In this document: piece after piece, positions 1 through 10,074 of the stretch
How the letters are laid out: each line of letters opens with the position of its first letter
How positions within the stretch are numbered: position 1 is the first letter of the stretch
Source of the DNA: Bdellovibrionales bacterium
GTDB taxonomy: Bacteria > Bdellovibrionota > Bdellovibrionia > Bdellovibrionales > UBA1609
Length of the DNA: 64,000 bases
NCBI GenBank assembly: GCA_965242635.1
Contig: OZ251471.1
Coordinates: 1,332,322-1,396,321 of the forward strand
Direction: 5' to 3'
Position numbers and translations under genes: made by a program
The notes under the pieces: model-generated
Databases searched by the model: none
Told to the model about the DNA's origin: nothing
The model's input: the letters and a program-made list of their open reading frames with translations, nothing else

Positions 1-3000
1 CTCTTCAAACACCTCTTTGAACTGTTTGGAGCAAAAAAGATCAATCCGGTTTATCACCTGAGAAAGCTTTTCTCTGGAGATTTTAAGATCCTCATATTGT
101 TTTTGATAAAAGTCATTTTCTTTTGAAAGCTCCTCGTATTCTTTTAAGGCCAGAAGATTTACCTCCCCCATACGGGAGAGCCGGTTCTTGAGGGCCTGCC
201 ATTTTTCACTTTCCTCTTCTCTGTTAAAGTGAGTAAGATCTTTCAGGGTTTTTTTTAAAAGCTCCTGATTTTCCGAATCCGCCTCTTCCATATCTGTTTT
301 TTCCATCAGGGCCTCTTTTTTTAAGAACAGGCTTTCCTTCTTGAGTTTAAAGCTGTTCAAGGCACTTTCGCTTTCTGTCAGGGCTTCATGTTGTGACATA
401 ATCTCTTCCTGTGTTCTCTCTCTTTGAATTTCCAGATTTTCTTCCTTTTTCTTAAACCGGCTTATCTCTTCTGACATTTCAGAGATCTGTTTTTCCATGT
501 GATTTTTTTCCTCTTCCTTTTGAGAGAGCAAAGTTTCACTGATTTGAATGCGAGCTTTTTTTTCTTTTAAATGTGCACTTCTTTGTGCAAACTCTTTTTG
601 CTCTTTTTCCTGTTCCCGCTCAAGGGCTTTTTTTTGTTCTTCACGGATGGCCTGTTCTTTTTCACAAAAGAGCAAATTTTGCCAAAGCTTTTCTTTTCTG
701 TTTGAAAGTGCCTGTTTTTCCTGTTCTGTTTGCCGGTGCTTTTCCGCCCACTCTTTCTCTGTTTTTTTTAAAAGGGTTTTTTCTGTTTTCAGATTATCTG
801 TTTCTGACTGTAAGAGCCGGCTTTCCTTCATAAGGCTTTTCTTTTTGTTGTGAGCGGAGTTTTGTTCAGCCTGAAGATGGCCTGTTTCCTCTTTTAACCG
901 CTTGAGGCTTTGGTTTAAAACCTCCAGGTCTTTTGTTATCTCCAAAGTCTGAATTTCATGGGCATGTTCCCTTTGGTTTAAAGCAGATATTTTATTGATC
1001 CGGCTTTCCAGCCTTTTTTCTGTTTCCTTTGCAATTTCTTCCAGCGAGAACCTGCTTGTTTTGGCCTTTTCATGTTTAAGCTTAAGCTCTTTAAGAGCTT
1101 TTTGCCAGCTCAGAAAAGGGCTTTTGGTTTTGTCAGAAACAGCTGTCAGATCCCCTTCGTGGCTTACCACCTCTCCTGTTAAAGCGATAAAGCACCAATG
1201 GGGGTGGCTTTTTTTTAATTTAATGGCGGTCCGGAGATCAGACACCACAGCGGTTTTGGCAAAAAGAGCCTCTATAAGGGCTTTTTCCCCCTCCACCTGA
1301 TCTTTTAACAAAAAATGAACCCCTGGATCTTTTTTCAAGGTCTCTTCTGTTTCGATGGCAGAGGCCCTGTCCTCTTCTTTTAAAGGCAGAACAAACCGGC
1401 AGGAACCTTCTCTGTCCTGATTTAATGTCTCAAGAGCTTTCATGGCCTTTTCCTCTTTTAGACAAAACAGGGAGTTGAGTCGGGGCTGTAAATAAGCGGT
1501 TAGGGCCTTTTGCAGAAAAGGGGAGGAGAGCTTAAGGGACCGGGCAGTATCCCAAAAATCCGCTGGCTGAGTTTTTAAAAGGAAGGTTTTTGCCCTGTCC
1601 CTCTCTTTTTCCTCTTCTTTTAAAAAGGCCTCTCTTTTTTTAAGGCTTTGCCATTCAGAATAAACAGAGGTTTCCTCTTCCTGCACAGCTTTAAGATTTT
1701 GTGCCTGAGTTTCCAGGTCTTTTTTGAGCTGGCCTGTTTCCTCCTTTTCCCGTTCCAGCAGATGACTCATGTCAAAGCTCATTTGTTTTCTTTTTTCCAA
1801 TTCCTCTTTTAAAGAGTTTTGCCGGAGCAGAAGTTTTTGTGTCTCCTCCTCTTGTTTCTTCAGCTGACTTTGTCTTTGGGCTTGCTTTTGCCCCTCTTCC
1901 TGAAGTTTTTCTTTAATTACAGATTCTTTTTGCCTGAGCCTTGCCTCTGTTTGTTCCTTTTCTTTTATTTGGTGGGAGAGGGCCTCTTTTTGCACAAGAA
2001 TACGGGAAAGCTCTGTGTTGAGATTTTCCTCCCCGGTCTTTAAGGAAAGCCACATCTCTTTCAGCTGGTTTTGTTTTTGTTCCCCCTGCTGGATCTCTTT
2101 TTTGCAGGCTTTAAGAGTGTCGACCTGTTTTTTTTGCTGGTTCGATTTAGTGGTGGTGTCTGAAAGGCTTTCCTTGCTCAGCTGAAGGGCCATCTTTTGT
2201 CCGGCTATTTCCTTTTCCAGGGGCATAAGCCGGGTTTTTAAGCTTTCCCATGTCCCCTCTTTTTTGGCTTTTGTTTCACGAAGGGTTTTAATTTCCCGGT
2301 TTAAAGCCAAAATTTGTTTTTTTGCTTTTTTCTGTTCTGTCTGGATATGGGACTGTTTTTTTGTCTCTGTCTGGATTTTTTTTGAGATTTGTTTTCGCTC
2401 TTTTTGAATTTGCATGAGATCCCACATTGTTATTTCATGCTCTGTTTTTTTTATTTGTTTTTTAAGGTCTTTGAATTTTAAAGCTGTTTCAGATTGTTTT
2501 TTTAAGTTTTTAAGTTGTGTTTCCTGCTGATTTAAGATATCCTCCAGCCGGTTCAAGTTGGTTTTGGTCAGCTCCAGCTTTCTTTCCGCCTCTTTTTTCC
2601 GGAACCGGAAACGGGATATACCGGCCACAGATTCCACCATAAGTTTTTTTTGCTCCGGGCGGGAGGAAATAAAATTTTCAACCGCCCCCTGCTCTATAAA
2701 GCTGAACCCATGTCGACCGGCCCCTGTGTCCATAAAAATTTCCTGCACATCCCTCATTCGTGCGGGCTGGGAATTGATCAGATATTCCGACAGCCCATCC
2801 CGATCCAGCCGGCGGGTGATCATGATTTCCTTTGATTTTAAGGGGTGTTTTTTCAAGTCAGGGGCTTTCCCCCCTTTTGTCTGTTCCAGTGTGAGGGAGA
2901 CCTCAGCCCATCCCGCTGACGGGTCACGGCCCGCACCGGCAAAGATCAGATCCTCCATGGCTTTTCCCCTTAATTGCCTTGGGGCACTTTCCCCCATGAC

Positions 3001-3138
3001 CCATAAAAATGCGTCCACCACATTGGACTTGCCACAGCCATTGGGCCCCACAATACAACTTATCCCCTCCCCGAACCGAATGCGGGTGCGATTTCTGAAG
3101 GACTTAAATCCTTTTAACTCCAACTGCTTGATTTTCAT
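1..3138 (-). CDS. smc: Chromosome segregation protein SMC (3' end outside window)
   Basis: Manual translation from ATG at 3138: MKIKQLELKGFKSF...IVGPNGCGKSNVVDAFLWVMGE (SMC Walker A), then long coiled coil and hinge-like region. It runs off the window start, so it is absent from the ORF track. Confidence 0.93.
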   Translation of the reverse strand, partial: MKIKQLELKGFKSFRNRTRIRFGEGISCIVGPNGCGKSNVVDAFLWVMGESAPRQLRGKAMEDLIFAGAGRDPSAGWAEVSLTLEQTKGGKAPDLKKHPLKSKEIMITRRLDRDGLSEYLINSQPARMRDVQEIFMDTGAGRHGFSFIEQGAVENFISSRPEQKKLMVESVAGISRFRFRKKEAERKLELTKTNLNRLEDILNQQETQLKNLKKQSETALKFKDLKKQIKKTEHEITMWDLMQIQKERKQISKKIQTETKKQSHIQTEQKKAKKQILALNREIKTLRETKAKKEGTWESLKTRLMPLEKEIAGQKMALQLSKESLSDTTTKSNQQKKQVDTLKACKKEIQQGEQKQNQLKEMWLSLKTGEENLNTELSRILVQKEALSHQIKEKEQTEARLRQKESVIKEKLQEEGQKQAQRQSQLKKQEEETQKLLLRQNSLKEELEKRKQMSFDMSHLLEREKEETGQLKKDLETQAQNLKAVQEEETSVYSEWQSLKKREAFLKEEEKERDRAKTFLLKTQPADFWDTARSLKLSSPFLQKALTAYLQPRLNSLFCLKEEKAMKALETLNQDREGSCRFVLPLKEEDRASAIETEETLKKDPGVHFLLKDQVEGEKALIEALFAKTAVVSDLRTAIKLKKSHPHWCFIALTGEVVSHEGDLTAVSDKTKSPFLSWQKALKELKLKHEKAKTSRFSLEEIAKETEKRLESRINKISALNQREHAHEIQTLEITKDLEVLNQSLKRLKEETGHLQAEQNSAHNKKKSLMKESRLLQSETDNLKTEKTLLKKTEKEWAEKHRQTEQEKQALSNRKEKLWQNLLFCEKEQAIREEQKKALEREQEKEQKEFAQRSAHLKEKKARIQISETLLSQKEEEKNHMEKQISEMSEEISRFKKKEENLEIQRERTQEEIMSQHEALTESESALNSFKLKKESLFLKKEALMEKTDMEEADSENQELLKKTLKDLTHFNREEESEKWQALKNRLSRMGEVNLLALKEYEELSKENDFYQKQYEDLKISREKLSQVINRIDLFCSKQFKEVFEE

Positions 3139-3233
3139 CTTTGTCTTATCTCTTTTGTGATGGCTGGGAGGAAATTGATGTCTTGTGCATAAAGTGGCAT
3201 GGGCCAGGCTTTTTTTTCATAAATCCTCCTGTT

Positions 3234-3485
3234 TCAGTCTATTTCAAAGGGGGTGGCGGATATCTGCTCCGGATGGCCAAAATCATCGTAGGCTCTGGCC
3301 GAGGAAGGCAGAAGAGAAAGCCGGCGGGCTTTTTTGACAGTCTTTCTGAGCCTTCTTTGTTCTCCGTGGGTCAGCCCCGTCAGCCGGGCCGGATTGATTT
3401 TCCCCCCCTCTGAGATAAAAGAGTAAAGAGTGACAGGGGACTTGTAATCCGTTTTGATATTCCTGTGCGTGGCTTTTTTTTCCAT
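3234..3485 (-). CDS. rpsR: 30S ribosomal protein S18 (stand-alone, Cys-less)
   Basis: DYKSPVTLYSFISEGGKINPARLTG...VKKARRLSLLP matches the S18 pattern; AGAGG 7 nt before ATG 3485. Confidence 0.8.
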   Translation of the reverse strand: MEKKATHRNIKTDYKSPVTLYSFISEGGKINPARLTGLTHGEQRRLRKTVKKARRLSLLPSSARAYDDFGHPEQISATPFEID

Positions 3486-3542
3486 TCTCACACCTCTGGT
3501 TTTTTTTGGAGGGGGGCCTTTTTTTGTGGCCCCCCTGATTTG

Positions 3543-4598
3543 TCAGTGGGTTGTTTTGGGGCTGGCTTTTTCTGTCAATCCCTCTTGTTTTGGGCCAGGT
3601 TCCGGCCTTTTTATATTGTAGGCTTTGAACACAGCCTCGCGGATTTTGTTTTGAACCTTTTGGTTTTCCTTTAAAAAAGCTCTGGCCAGATCTTTCCCCT
3701 GGCCTATTTTGTTGCCCTCAAAACTGAACCAGGCCCCGGACTTTTGCACGATCTCTTTTTTGCAGGCCAGATCCAAAAGCTCCATCTCCTGTGAAATGCC
3801 CTCCCCATACATGAGATCAAATTCGGCCCGGGCGAAAGGAGGGGCCATTTTGTTCTTGACCACCTTTACCACAGTTCTGTTGCCCATGATCTGATCCCCC
3901 TTTTTAATGGCCGACACCCTTCTCACATCCAGGCGGACAGAGGAATAAAACTTTAAGGCGTTTCCGCCTGTGGTGGTTTCAGGATTGCCGAACATGACAC
4001 CTATTTTCATCCTTATTTGATTGATAAAGATGACCAGAGTGCCACTGCGGTTGATGGCGGCGGTGAGCTTTCGAAGAGCCTGGGACATAAGCCTTGCCTG
4101 AAGCCCCATGTGGGAGTCCCCCATATCCCCCTCGATTTCCGCTCTGGGTGTGAGGGCCGCCACGGAATCCACAATCAAAACATCCACCGCATTGGAGCGG
4201 ACCAGAGTTTCTGTGATCTCCAGGGCCTGCTCCCCCGCGTCCGGTTGGGATATGAGCATGTCCTGCACACGGACGCCCAATCGGCCGGCATAAGTGAGGT
4301 CCAAAGCATGCTCTGCATCCACAAAAGCCACCTGCCCACCGGCTTTTTGTGCCTGGGCCGCGGTGGAAAGGGCCATAGTGGTTTTGCCTGAGCTTTCGGG
4401 GCCAAAAATCTCCACCACCCGGCCTCTGGGTAAACCCCCAATGCCCAAAGCCATGTCCAAAGAAAGGGAACCGGTGCTGTAGACCGGCACATTTTCATAG
4501 AGGGAACGTCCCCCCCCCAACTTCATAATGGAACCTTTGCCGAACTGTTTTTCAATGGATGTGATGGCCAAATCCAAAGCTTTTTGTTTTTCGTTCAT
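3543..4598 (-). CDS. recA: Recombinase RecA
   Basis: GPESSGKTT Walker [43 protein letters not shown]. Confidence 0.99.
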   Translation of the reverse strand: MNEKQKALDLAITSIEKQFGKGSIMKLGGGRSLYENVPVYSTGSLSLDMALGIGGLPRGRVVEIFGPESSGKTTMALSTAAQAQKAGGQVAFVDAEHALDLTYAGRLGVRVQDMLISQPDAGEQALEITETLVRSNAVDVLIVDSVAALTPRAEIEGDMGDSHMGLQARLMSQALRKLTAAINRSGTLVIFINQIRMKIGVMFGNPETTTGGNALKFYSSVRLDVRRVSAIKKGDQIMGNRTVVKVVKNKMAPPFARAEFDLMYGEGISQEMELLDLACKKEIVQKSGAWFSFEGNKIGQGKDLARAFLKENQKVQNKIREAVFKAYNIKRPEPGPKQEGLTEKASPKTTH

Positions 4599-4713
4599 TG
4601 TTTCCCCCTTTGGTTGTATTTGTTTTGGTCTGCCCTTTATCGGGCCTTTTCGCCCCCGGTTAAATTGCCAGCCCTCTGAGCTGTTTTGTAAAAAAGCCCC
4701 CGGTTTTTGAGGC

Positions 4714-5307
4714 TCACTCCTTCTTAATACAGTTTTGCAAAAAATCCAAGGCCAAAAAAGCGGATTTTTTCTGAATATTGTGCCGTTCTCTTTTACTGGC
4801 CTTTTTTCCGGCTTCTTTTACCAAAAATCCACGGCTTTTTTCCCCTTTTGGGCCTGAAAATCCCACAAAAACTGTTCCCACAGGCGGATCTTGCTCATTT
4901 TTGCCCGGTCCAGCCACCCCCGTAATGGACAAGCCATAATCACTGCTCCACTTTTTTTTGACACCCTGTGCCATAAAAAGGCAAACGGACTTGTTGACAG
5001 TCCCCTCTCTTTTCAAAAGTTTTGTGGGCACTTTCAGCTGGCGGGTTTTGGAGGAGGGGGAGTAGCTCACCACGGCACCGGAGAAAAACCGGCTGGCCCC
5101 GGGTTTTAAGCTCAGGAGATAAGAGACAAGCCCTCCGGTCAGGCTTTCCGCCACCGACAGGGTTTTTTGGCCGGGCCCCAGGAGGTGGTGGATCTCAGAG
5201 GCCTTTTGTGCCAGCTCTTTAAAGGAAGGTGCTTTATCCATGGTTTTTTTGCTATAATTAATTGCCCTTGTTTGAGTTTTCATGTGCCGAATCTTCCTTG
5301 TGGACAC
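4714..5307 (-). CDS. cinA: CinA C-terminal domain protein (NMN deamidase, PncC-like)
   Basis: [29 protein letters not shown] motifs; sits directly upstream of recA. Start uncertain. Confidence 0.88.
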   Translation of the reverse strand: MSTRKIRHMKTQTRAINYSKKTMDKAPSFKELAQKASEIHHLLGPGQKTLSVAESLTGGLVSYLLSLKPGASRFFSGAVVSYSPSSKTRQLKVPTKLLKREGTVNKSVCLFMAQGVKKKWSSDYGLSITGVAGPGKNEQDPPVGTVFVGFSGPKGEKSRGFLVKEAGKKASKRERHNIQKKSAFLALDFLQNCIKKE

Positions 5308-5470
5308 ATAAGGCCACTCTAAAGACAGGGTTTTTCAGTGGCAACCAATCAGTTTGTCATAAATAACAGGATATTCAAGCACAAAAACAGCCGATGGCAT
5401 AAAGGAAAAAAGAATTTTGACAAAGACCTGGCTTTTTGGTAAAAAAGCCGTCTATGGAAAGGGGAAAAAT

Positions 5471-5737
5471 ATGGCCAATCACAAGTCTTCGAAAAAAAGA
5501 ATCCGCCAGATTGCCCGCCGGCGACAGATCAACAAGAGTGCCCGAAATGAAATGAGCACTTTGGAAAAAAATCTCCGTAAAATGGTGCAGGAAAAAGCTC
5601 AAAACCAGGCTGTGGCACAACTGAAGGTCTTGCAGGCCAAAATGGACCGATCGGTAAGAAAAGGTTTGCAGAGCCAGAACAAAGTTCGCCGGAAAAAGGC
5701 CCAACTGGCTTTGCTGGTCCAAAGTATAAGCTCTTAA
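5471..5737 (+). CDS. rpsT: 30S ribosomal protein S20
   Basis: MANHKSSKKRIRQ...RKK pattern; start moved to ATG 5471 after GGGG. Confidence 0.93.
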   Translation: MANHKSSKKRIRQIARRRQINKSARNEMSTLEKNLRKMVQEKAQNQAVAQLKVLQAKMDRSVRKGLQSQNKVRRKKAQLALLVQSISS

Positions 5738-5738
5738 A

Positions 5739-5823
5739 CTGATCTTGTTTGAAAATGCATGTTTCACACATTTGCCTTATGGGAGGAAAACAGCCCAAAA
5801 GCAGCACCTTTTTCAAAAGGCAG
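5739..5823. repeat. 85-bp dispersed repeat, copy 1 (inverted copy at 55125-55207)
   Basis: ctgatcttgtttgaaaatgcatgtttc...gcacctttttcaaaaggcag matches the reverse complement of 55125-55207 apart from a 2-nt indel and a few substitutions. Confidence 0.9.
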
Positions 5824-5912
5824 ACCCTGCCCCCAAGCCCAGCAGTTTGGTTTAAACCCAACTGACAGAGGGAGTGCGGGCAGAGTCCCCGGAGGGCACG
5901 CACAGGTTTTGT

Positions 5913-6677
5913 TCAGGTCAGCTGTAATCTGACAGGGCAGTGATCGGAGCCGTGCACTGAACACATAATATCCGCTGATTTAAGGTGTGGGACCAAATCA
6001 GAAGTGACACAAATATGATCAATTCTCCAGCCCCGGTTATGTTTGCGGGCCATCTCTTTATAGGACCACCAGGTATAGACCTGCTTTTTTTCCGGATAAA
6101 AATGGCGATAACAATCCACAAACCCGGAGGTTAAAAAATCCCGAAACCAGGCCCGCTCTTCCGGCAAAAAACCACTCGCCTGGGCCAAAGCTTTGGGATC
6201 AAACACATCCTGTTCCATGTAAGCGATATTGTAGTCCCCCACCACAATCAGCTTTTTTTGGTTTTGCTTGAGCCTTTGAAGGTAAGAGGCAAAACGGCTT
6301 AAAAACTCCTGCTTGAAAAGATGGCGGGCCTCTGTTTGGGAGCCATTGGGAAAATACACATTAAAGAGGGTGAAGTCCCCATGATCGGTGATCACAAACC
6401 GGCCTTCGTGATCAAACTTTTTGATGCCGATGCCATAATGGACCGCTTTTACTGGCTTTCGGACAAAGGTGACTGTGCCGGAATAGCCTTTTCGATCAGC
6501 AGAGGACCAATAGGAGAGGCGATCAGGGGGCCATCTGAGCACTTTTTCCACATCGTCCGGGTGGGCTTTGCTCTCCTGAATGCAAAGTATGTCCGGATCC
6601 TCCTTTTCCAAAAAAGCCAAAAAGCCTTTTTGAGAGGCGGCTCTTATCCCATTGACATTCCATGAAATAATTTTCAT
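5913..6677 (-). CDS. xth: Exodeoxyribonuclease III
   Basis: MKIISWNVNGIRA, LCIQESK, VYFPNG, GDYN, WRIDH, SDHCP. Confidence 0.96.
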   Translation of the reverse strand: MKIISWNVNGIRAASQKGFLAFLEKEDPDILCIQESKAHPDDVEKVLRWPPDRLSYWSSADRKGYSGTVTFVRKPVKAVHYGIGIKKFDHEGRFVITDHGDFTLFNVYFPNGSQTEARHLFKQEFLSRFASYLQRLKQNQKKLIVVGDYNIAYMEQDVFDPKALAQASGFLPEERAWFRDFLTSGFVDCYRHFYPEKKQVYTWWSYKEMARKHNRGWRIDHICVTSDLVPHLKSADIMCSVHGSDHCPVRLQLT

Positions 6678-6835
6678 TGGTGTTATAGCTCCGGGTTTTG
6701 TTCTTGATGGTGTGTGGCCTGTTCTGAATGTATAGCCTGTATTGGGAAAAGGATCAACCGTATTTTTTGCCTCTTGACTTGTACTTAAAAAAGCCTTTAT
6801 TTTCAGTCTGCTTTGGTCTTTATACTGGACTCAAT

Positions 6836-7369
6836 ATGAACACTTTGCAATTTTACTATGCCCGTGAGGTTTTGGGGGTCCGTGCGATTCTTAAACCCAA
6901 GATTTTACGCACCACTTACCAGTTGAGCCGGCCTTTGGCCTGTCAGCAGGACTTTTTGTTTTTTTGTGGGGCTCTTAAGACCTCTCCACAAAAAGAGCTG
7001 ATAAAAAACATAGCCAGAGCTCTAAAGGGGTCAGCAGAACAAGTGGTGGAAATGGCAGGCCTTAAGCCTCTGCCTTTTTTACTGAACAACCTCATTTGCC
7101 GGTTTCCTCCCTCCAAAGGCTTTGTGATTTTTGGGGAGGATTTGGCCGATAAAATCAGACCCCCCTCTGACTTGGGGGATTCAGACCCTGCCTTCAAACA
7201 GAGTCTGAGAGGGGAGGAGGTGCTGGCTTTGCCGGCTCCTTTTTGCAAAAGTGGCACAATACCCGGTTGCCTTGTCCCTTCCATAAGCCAGCTCACCAGC
7301 CCCGATCCCGCTCAGGCACAAAAGGCCAAACAAAAAGCCTGGGGCCTTTTGCACAAGACCTTCCTTTAA
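6836..7369 (+). CDS. Hypothetical protein (C-terminus faintly resembles family-4 UDG tail)
   Basis: Clean ORF filling the gap; C-terminal 'SISQLTSPDPAQAQKAKQKAWGLL' recalls the 'LLRNPxxKxxAWxDL' end of family-4 UDGs. Start chosen at ATG 6836. Confidence 0.5.
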   Translation: MNTLQFYYAREVLGVRAILKPKILRTTYQLSRPLACQQDFLFFCGALKTSPQKELIKNIARALKGSAEQVVEMAGLKPLPFLLNNLICRFPPSKGFVIFGEDLADKIRPPSDLGDSDPAFKQSLRGEEVLALPAPFCKSGTIPGCLVPSISQLTSPDPAQAQKAKQKAWGLLHKTFL

Positions 7370-7374
7370 AAACA

Positions 7375-8133
7375 CTATTGGAGGGGGCTAAAGCCGGAGT
7401 GGCTGAGGCATTTCAGTTTTTGAGAGGGCATGCCTTGCGAGCAAAATCCAAGCGTGGAGGACTTGAATTCTTTGTCCGCCACATGGGATAAGCACTTCAT
7501 TTTGGAAAACATCCCCCGGACCTGGTTTCTGCAAAAGCTTAAAGCCCGTGGGCTGAACTTTCGCCCGGCGATGAGGCTTAAGCCCTCAAGTTTAAGGCTT
7601 TCTGAGCCTTTGATGTATTTATGGCAAAAGCGAAGGGCCGAAGGCAAAAACACCTTTCCTCTCATTATATTGTGGCAGTTTTTGAGGGCCTTTTCTCCCT
7701 TGACATAATGAGAGCAAAATATGTCCTCTTTGTTGTTTAAGGTGTTGATCTCCCGAAAGCCTGCCTCTTTTTGCCTCTGATACAAAACGGCGTTCATCTC
7801 ATACTCCTCCATGGAATCGGCCTGAGCCATTTTTTGCCCATAATTGGGGTAAGGAAGTAAAGGGCCTGTTTTGACCACTTTGCCTTCATCAAAAAACAGA
7901 TCCTGCGTGTATTCCTGAGAACGCCACCGAAACTGATAAGTCCAGCGGTCCAGGCCATCCCATCGGCCCACTTTGGCCGGCTTTCCCAAAGTGTTCCAGG
8001 CCCTTTCTTTGCTTGTGCCTGGGGCCATCTCCTGCAAAGCCTGGCGGGTGCTCACACAGCCGGCACAAAGCAACAAAGAGGCCCAAAACAGGACTTTCAG
8101 AGAAAACAAAAAAAACCACTTAAAACAGCACAT
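7375..8133 (-). CDS. Lipoprotein with BamE/SmpA-like N-terminal domain and Cys-repeat C-terminus
   Basis: Lipobox LCAGC; GTSKERAWNTLGKP...RWTY...LFFDEGKV resembles SmpA/OmlA; four FC-initiated repeats follow. Confidence 0.6.
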   Translation of the reverse strand: MCCFKWFFLFSLKVLFWASLLLCAGCVSTRQALQEMAPGTSKERAWNTLGKPAKVGRWDGLDRWTYQFRWRSQEYTQDLFFDEGKVVKTGPLLPYPNYGQKMAQADSMEEYEMNAVLYQRQKEAGFREINTLNNKEDIFCSHYVKGEKALKNCHNIMRGKVFLPSALRFCHKYIKGSESLKLEGLSLIAGRKFSPRALSFCRNQVRGMFSKMKCLSHVADKEFKSSTLGFCSQGMPSQKLKCLSHSGFSPLQ

Positions 8134-8469
8134 GTGGTTATTTTAAAATAAAACATTGTTTTTTAAAAGAAAATTTATCATAATCATTGTGGCAGGAGGC
8201 ATTTTGTCGCTTGATCTGGCCGGTTCAAGCCGTTTTGGCCGTCCAAAGCCACAAAAAACAGGGAGTTGATGTGTCAAAAAGCTCGTTTATATTGTGGCCA
8301 AAATCCAAAAAAATCGCCTGATTGTGTAAAAGGACACAAAAATTCGCTTGATATGCCTCTGTGGCAGGATCAGCCCCGGTGTTAAAACTTTTGACAGAAA
8401 AAGAGAGGCCTTGTAATCCATTAAAATCCAGTGGTTTTTTTGCTGAACCAAAGAAGGGAAGTCGGAAAA

Positions 8470-9024
8470 ATGAACTATAACAAAAGCGGGCTTGGGATTC
8501 TTGTGGCTGGTGTCTTGGCCAGCTTTGTCTGTTTTTTTTACATTTTGTTTTTTGCCCCTCCCATAAAATTGGCTCAGCTGGAAGGGGAAACAACAGCTGA
8601 AGGGCCTGACACCCCCTCAGCGGAATCCAGCCCAAAGGCCAGTGCCGACTCCTCTGGTTCAGCCCAAGCCGGGGCGGGAAAGCCCTGGGTTGCCAGTCCC
8701 TCCACTTTGGCTGAAGGAAAAAAAGCCTATCAGACCTATTGTTTTTCCTGTCATGGCCAAAAGGGTCTCGGCGATGGCCCGGCCGGCGGGGCACTCAAAC
8801 CCCCTCCCCGCAACCTTGTTGAGGGAAAGTGGCAACAGGGGGGAAGCTCCATAGCCCTCTATAAAACTCTGGCTCAGGGCATTGAGGGGACTTCCATGGT
8901 GTCTTTTTCCTATTTATCCAAAGAGGATCGCTGGGCTTTGGTCCATTATGTTCGCTCCATAACCCAAAACAAAGTGGAGGATAACCTTGAGGAGTTGGAG
9001 AAGTTTGCCAAAACAGCCCCTTAA
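8470..9024 (+). CDS. Membrane-anchored c-type cytochrome
   Basis: N-terminal TM, CFSCHG heme motif, GPAG..LKPPPRNL, GTSM axial Met, DRWALVHYVR. Confidence 0.9.
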   Translation: MNYNKSGLGILVAGVLASFVCFFYILFFAPPIKLAQLEGETTAEGPDTPSAESSPKASADSSGSAQAGAGKPWVASPSTLAEGKKAYQTYCFSCHGQKGLGDGPAGGALKPPPRNLVEGKWQQGGSSIALYKTLAQGIEGTSMVSFSYLSKEDRWALVHYVRSITQNKVEDNLEELEKFAKTAP

Positions 9025-9105
9025 AGTTTTTTTGGAGAGAAAACATAAAAAGGCCAGCCTGACAAGGAAAGCAGAGGTGCCAAAACTGGAGGTCATTTAA
9101 GAATG

Positions 9106-9131
9106 GTCATTCCCGCGAAGGCAGGAGTCTG
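9106..9131. repeat. REP-like palindrome GTCATTCCCGCGAAGGC(A)GGAGTC
   Basis: Matches the widespread GTCATTCCCGCGxAGGCGGGAATC intergenic palindrome; related pieces at 55281-55326 and 61589-61600. Confidence 0.6.
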
Positions 9132-9189
9132 CTTGTTTTTTACTCAAAGGGGGCTTTTTTCGCAGTCCCCAAAAAGGAGGTTTAAGAAC

Positions 9190-10002
9190 ATGAAAGGGAC
9201 AATAATATTTTTGGGGGTTTGGAGTTTGTGGGCCTTGGCTTACAGTCCTGAGAGGACTTTTTCCCCCTCTCAGGCCCCGGAGGAACTGGAAAAAACCAAA
9301 ATAGAGGAAAAGCCGGGGGCTTTTATAGATCTTGAACTGGTTTTCAGGGATGAAGAGGGAAAAAGGGTTGCACTTAAAAATTATGTTCAGGGCGAAAAGC
9401 CGGCTTTGCTCTCCATTGTATATTATAACTGCCCCAATCTGTGTGGCCTGCATTTGAATGGTTTGTCTGCCGGCTTAAAGGAATTGCCAGAGGACTTTAA
9501 GCAAAAATTTCATTTTGTTCTGCTCAGTATGGATGAAAGAGAGGGGCCGGGGCTGGCCCGTCAAAAAAAGCAAACTTATGTGGATAAATATGATCTGTTG
9601 CCGGAAAACACCCACTTTCTGACAGGAGACAAAAAAAACATTCAGGCTTTAAGTCGTGAGCTGGGCTTTCGTTTTTATTGGGATGAGAGTCAAAAGATTT
9701 TTGCACATCTGCCGGTGGCTTATGTGTTGACCCCTGAGGGACAAATTTCCCTCTACCTCTATGGTGTGATGTTTGAACCAAAGACTTTGCGTCTTTCTTT
9801 GGTGTCAGCCAGCCGGGGCCGAATTGGCACTATTTTCGATAGAGCCCTGCTTTTTTGTTTTCAATTTGATCCCAAAAAGAGGCGATACTCCTGGTATGCC
9901 TATAATATTATGAGGGCGGGAGGGGCTTTCAGCCTGATTTTTTTGCTTTGTTTTTTATTGCCGGTATGGATAAGAGAGAGTAAAAAAAACAAGGCCACTT
10001 GA
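9190..10002 (+). CDS. SCO family copper chaperone
   Basis: YYNCPNLC (CxxxC), FAH, C-terminal TM; AGGAGG before ATG 9190; lies before coxB. Confidence 0.9.
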   Translation: MKGTIIFLGVWSLWALAYSPERTFSPSQAPEELEKTKIEEKPGAFIDLELVFRDEEGKRVALKNYVQGEKPALLSIVYYNCPNLCGLHLNGLSAGLKELPEDFKQKFHFVLLSMDEREGPGLARQKKQTYVDKYDLLPENTHFLTGDKKNIQALSRELGFRFYWDESQKIFAHLPVAYVLTPEGQISLYLYGVMFEPKTLRLSLVSASRGRIGTIFDRALLFCFQFDPKKRRYSWYAYNIMRAGGAFSLIFLLCFLLPVWIRESKKNKAT

Positions 10003-10074
10003 AATATTTGAGGTGTTTTCTGCAAAGATTTGAGAAAAATTTAATTTTTACAAATTTAATCAGGGAGAAGTATT

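Noticed and set aside
548-3160. Plus-strand ORFs rich in F/L/S/C (548, 573, 995, 1819, 2558, 2650)
   Set aside because: Antisense shadows of the Lys/Glu-rich smc gene.
8150-8460. Possible ncRNA in the 300-bp intergenic gap
   Set aside because: Only a 7-bp long-range complementarity; no recognisable 6S, riboswitch or other motif. More simply divergent promoters.
9103-9189. Extended N-terminus MVIPAKAGV of the SCO ORF
   Set aside because: Translation of the REP-like palindrome; AGGAGG supports the start at 9190.
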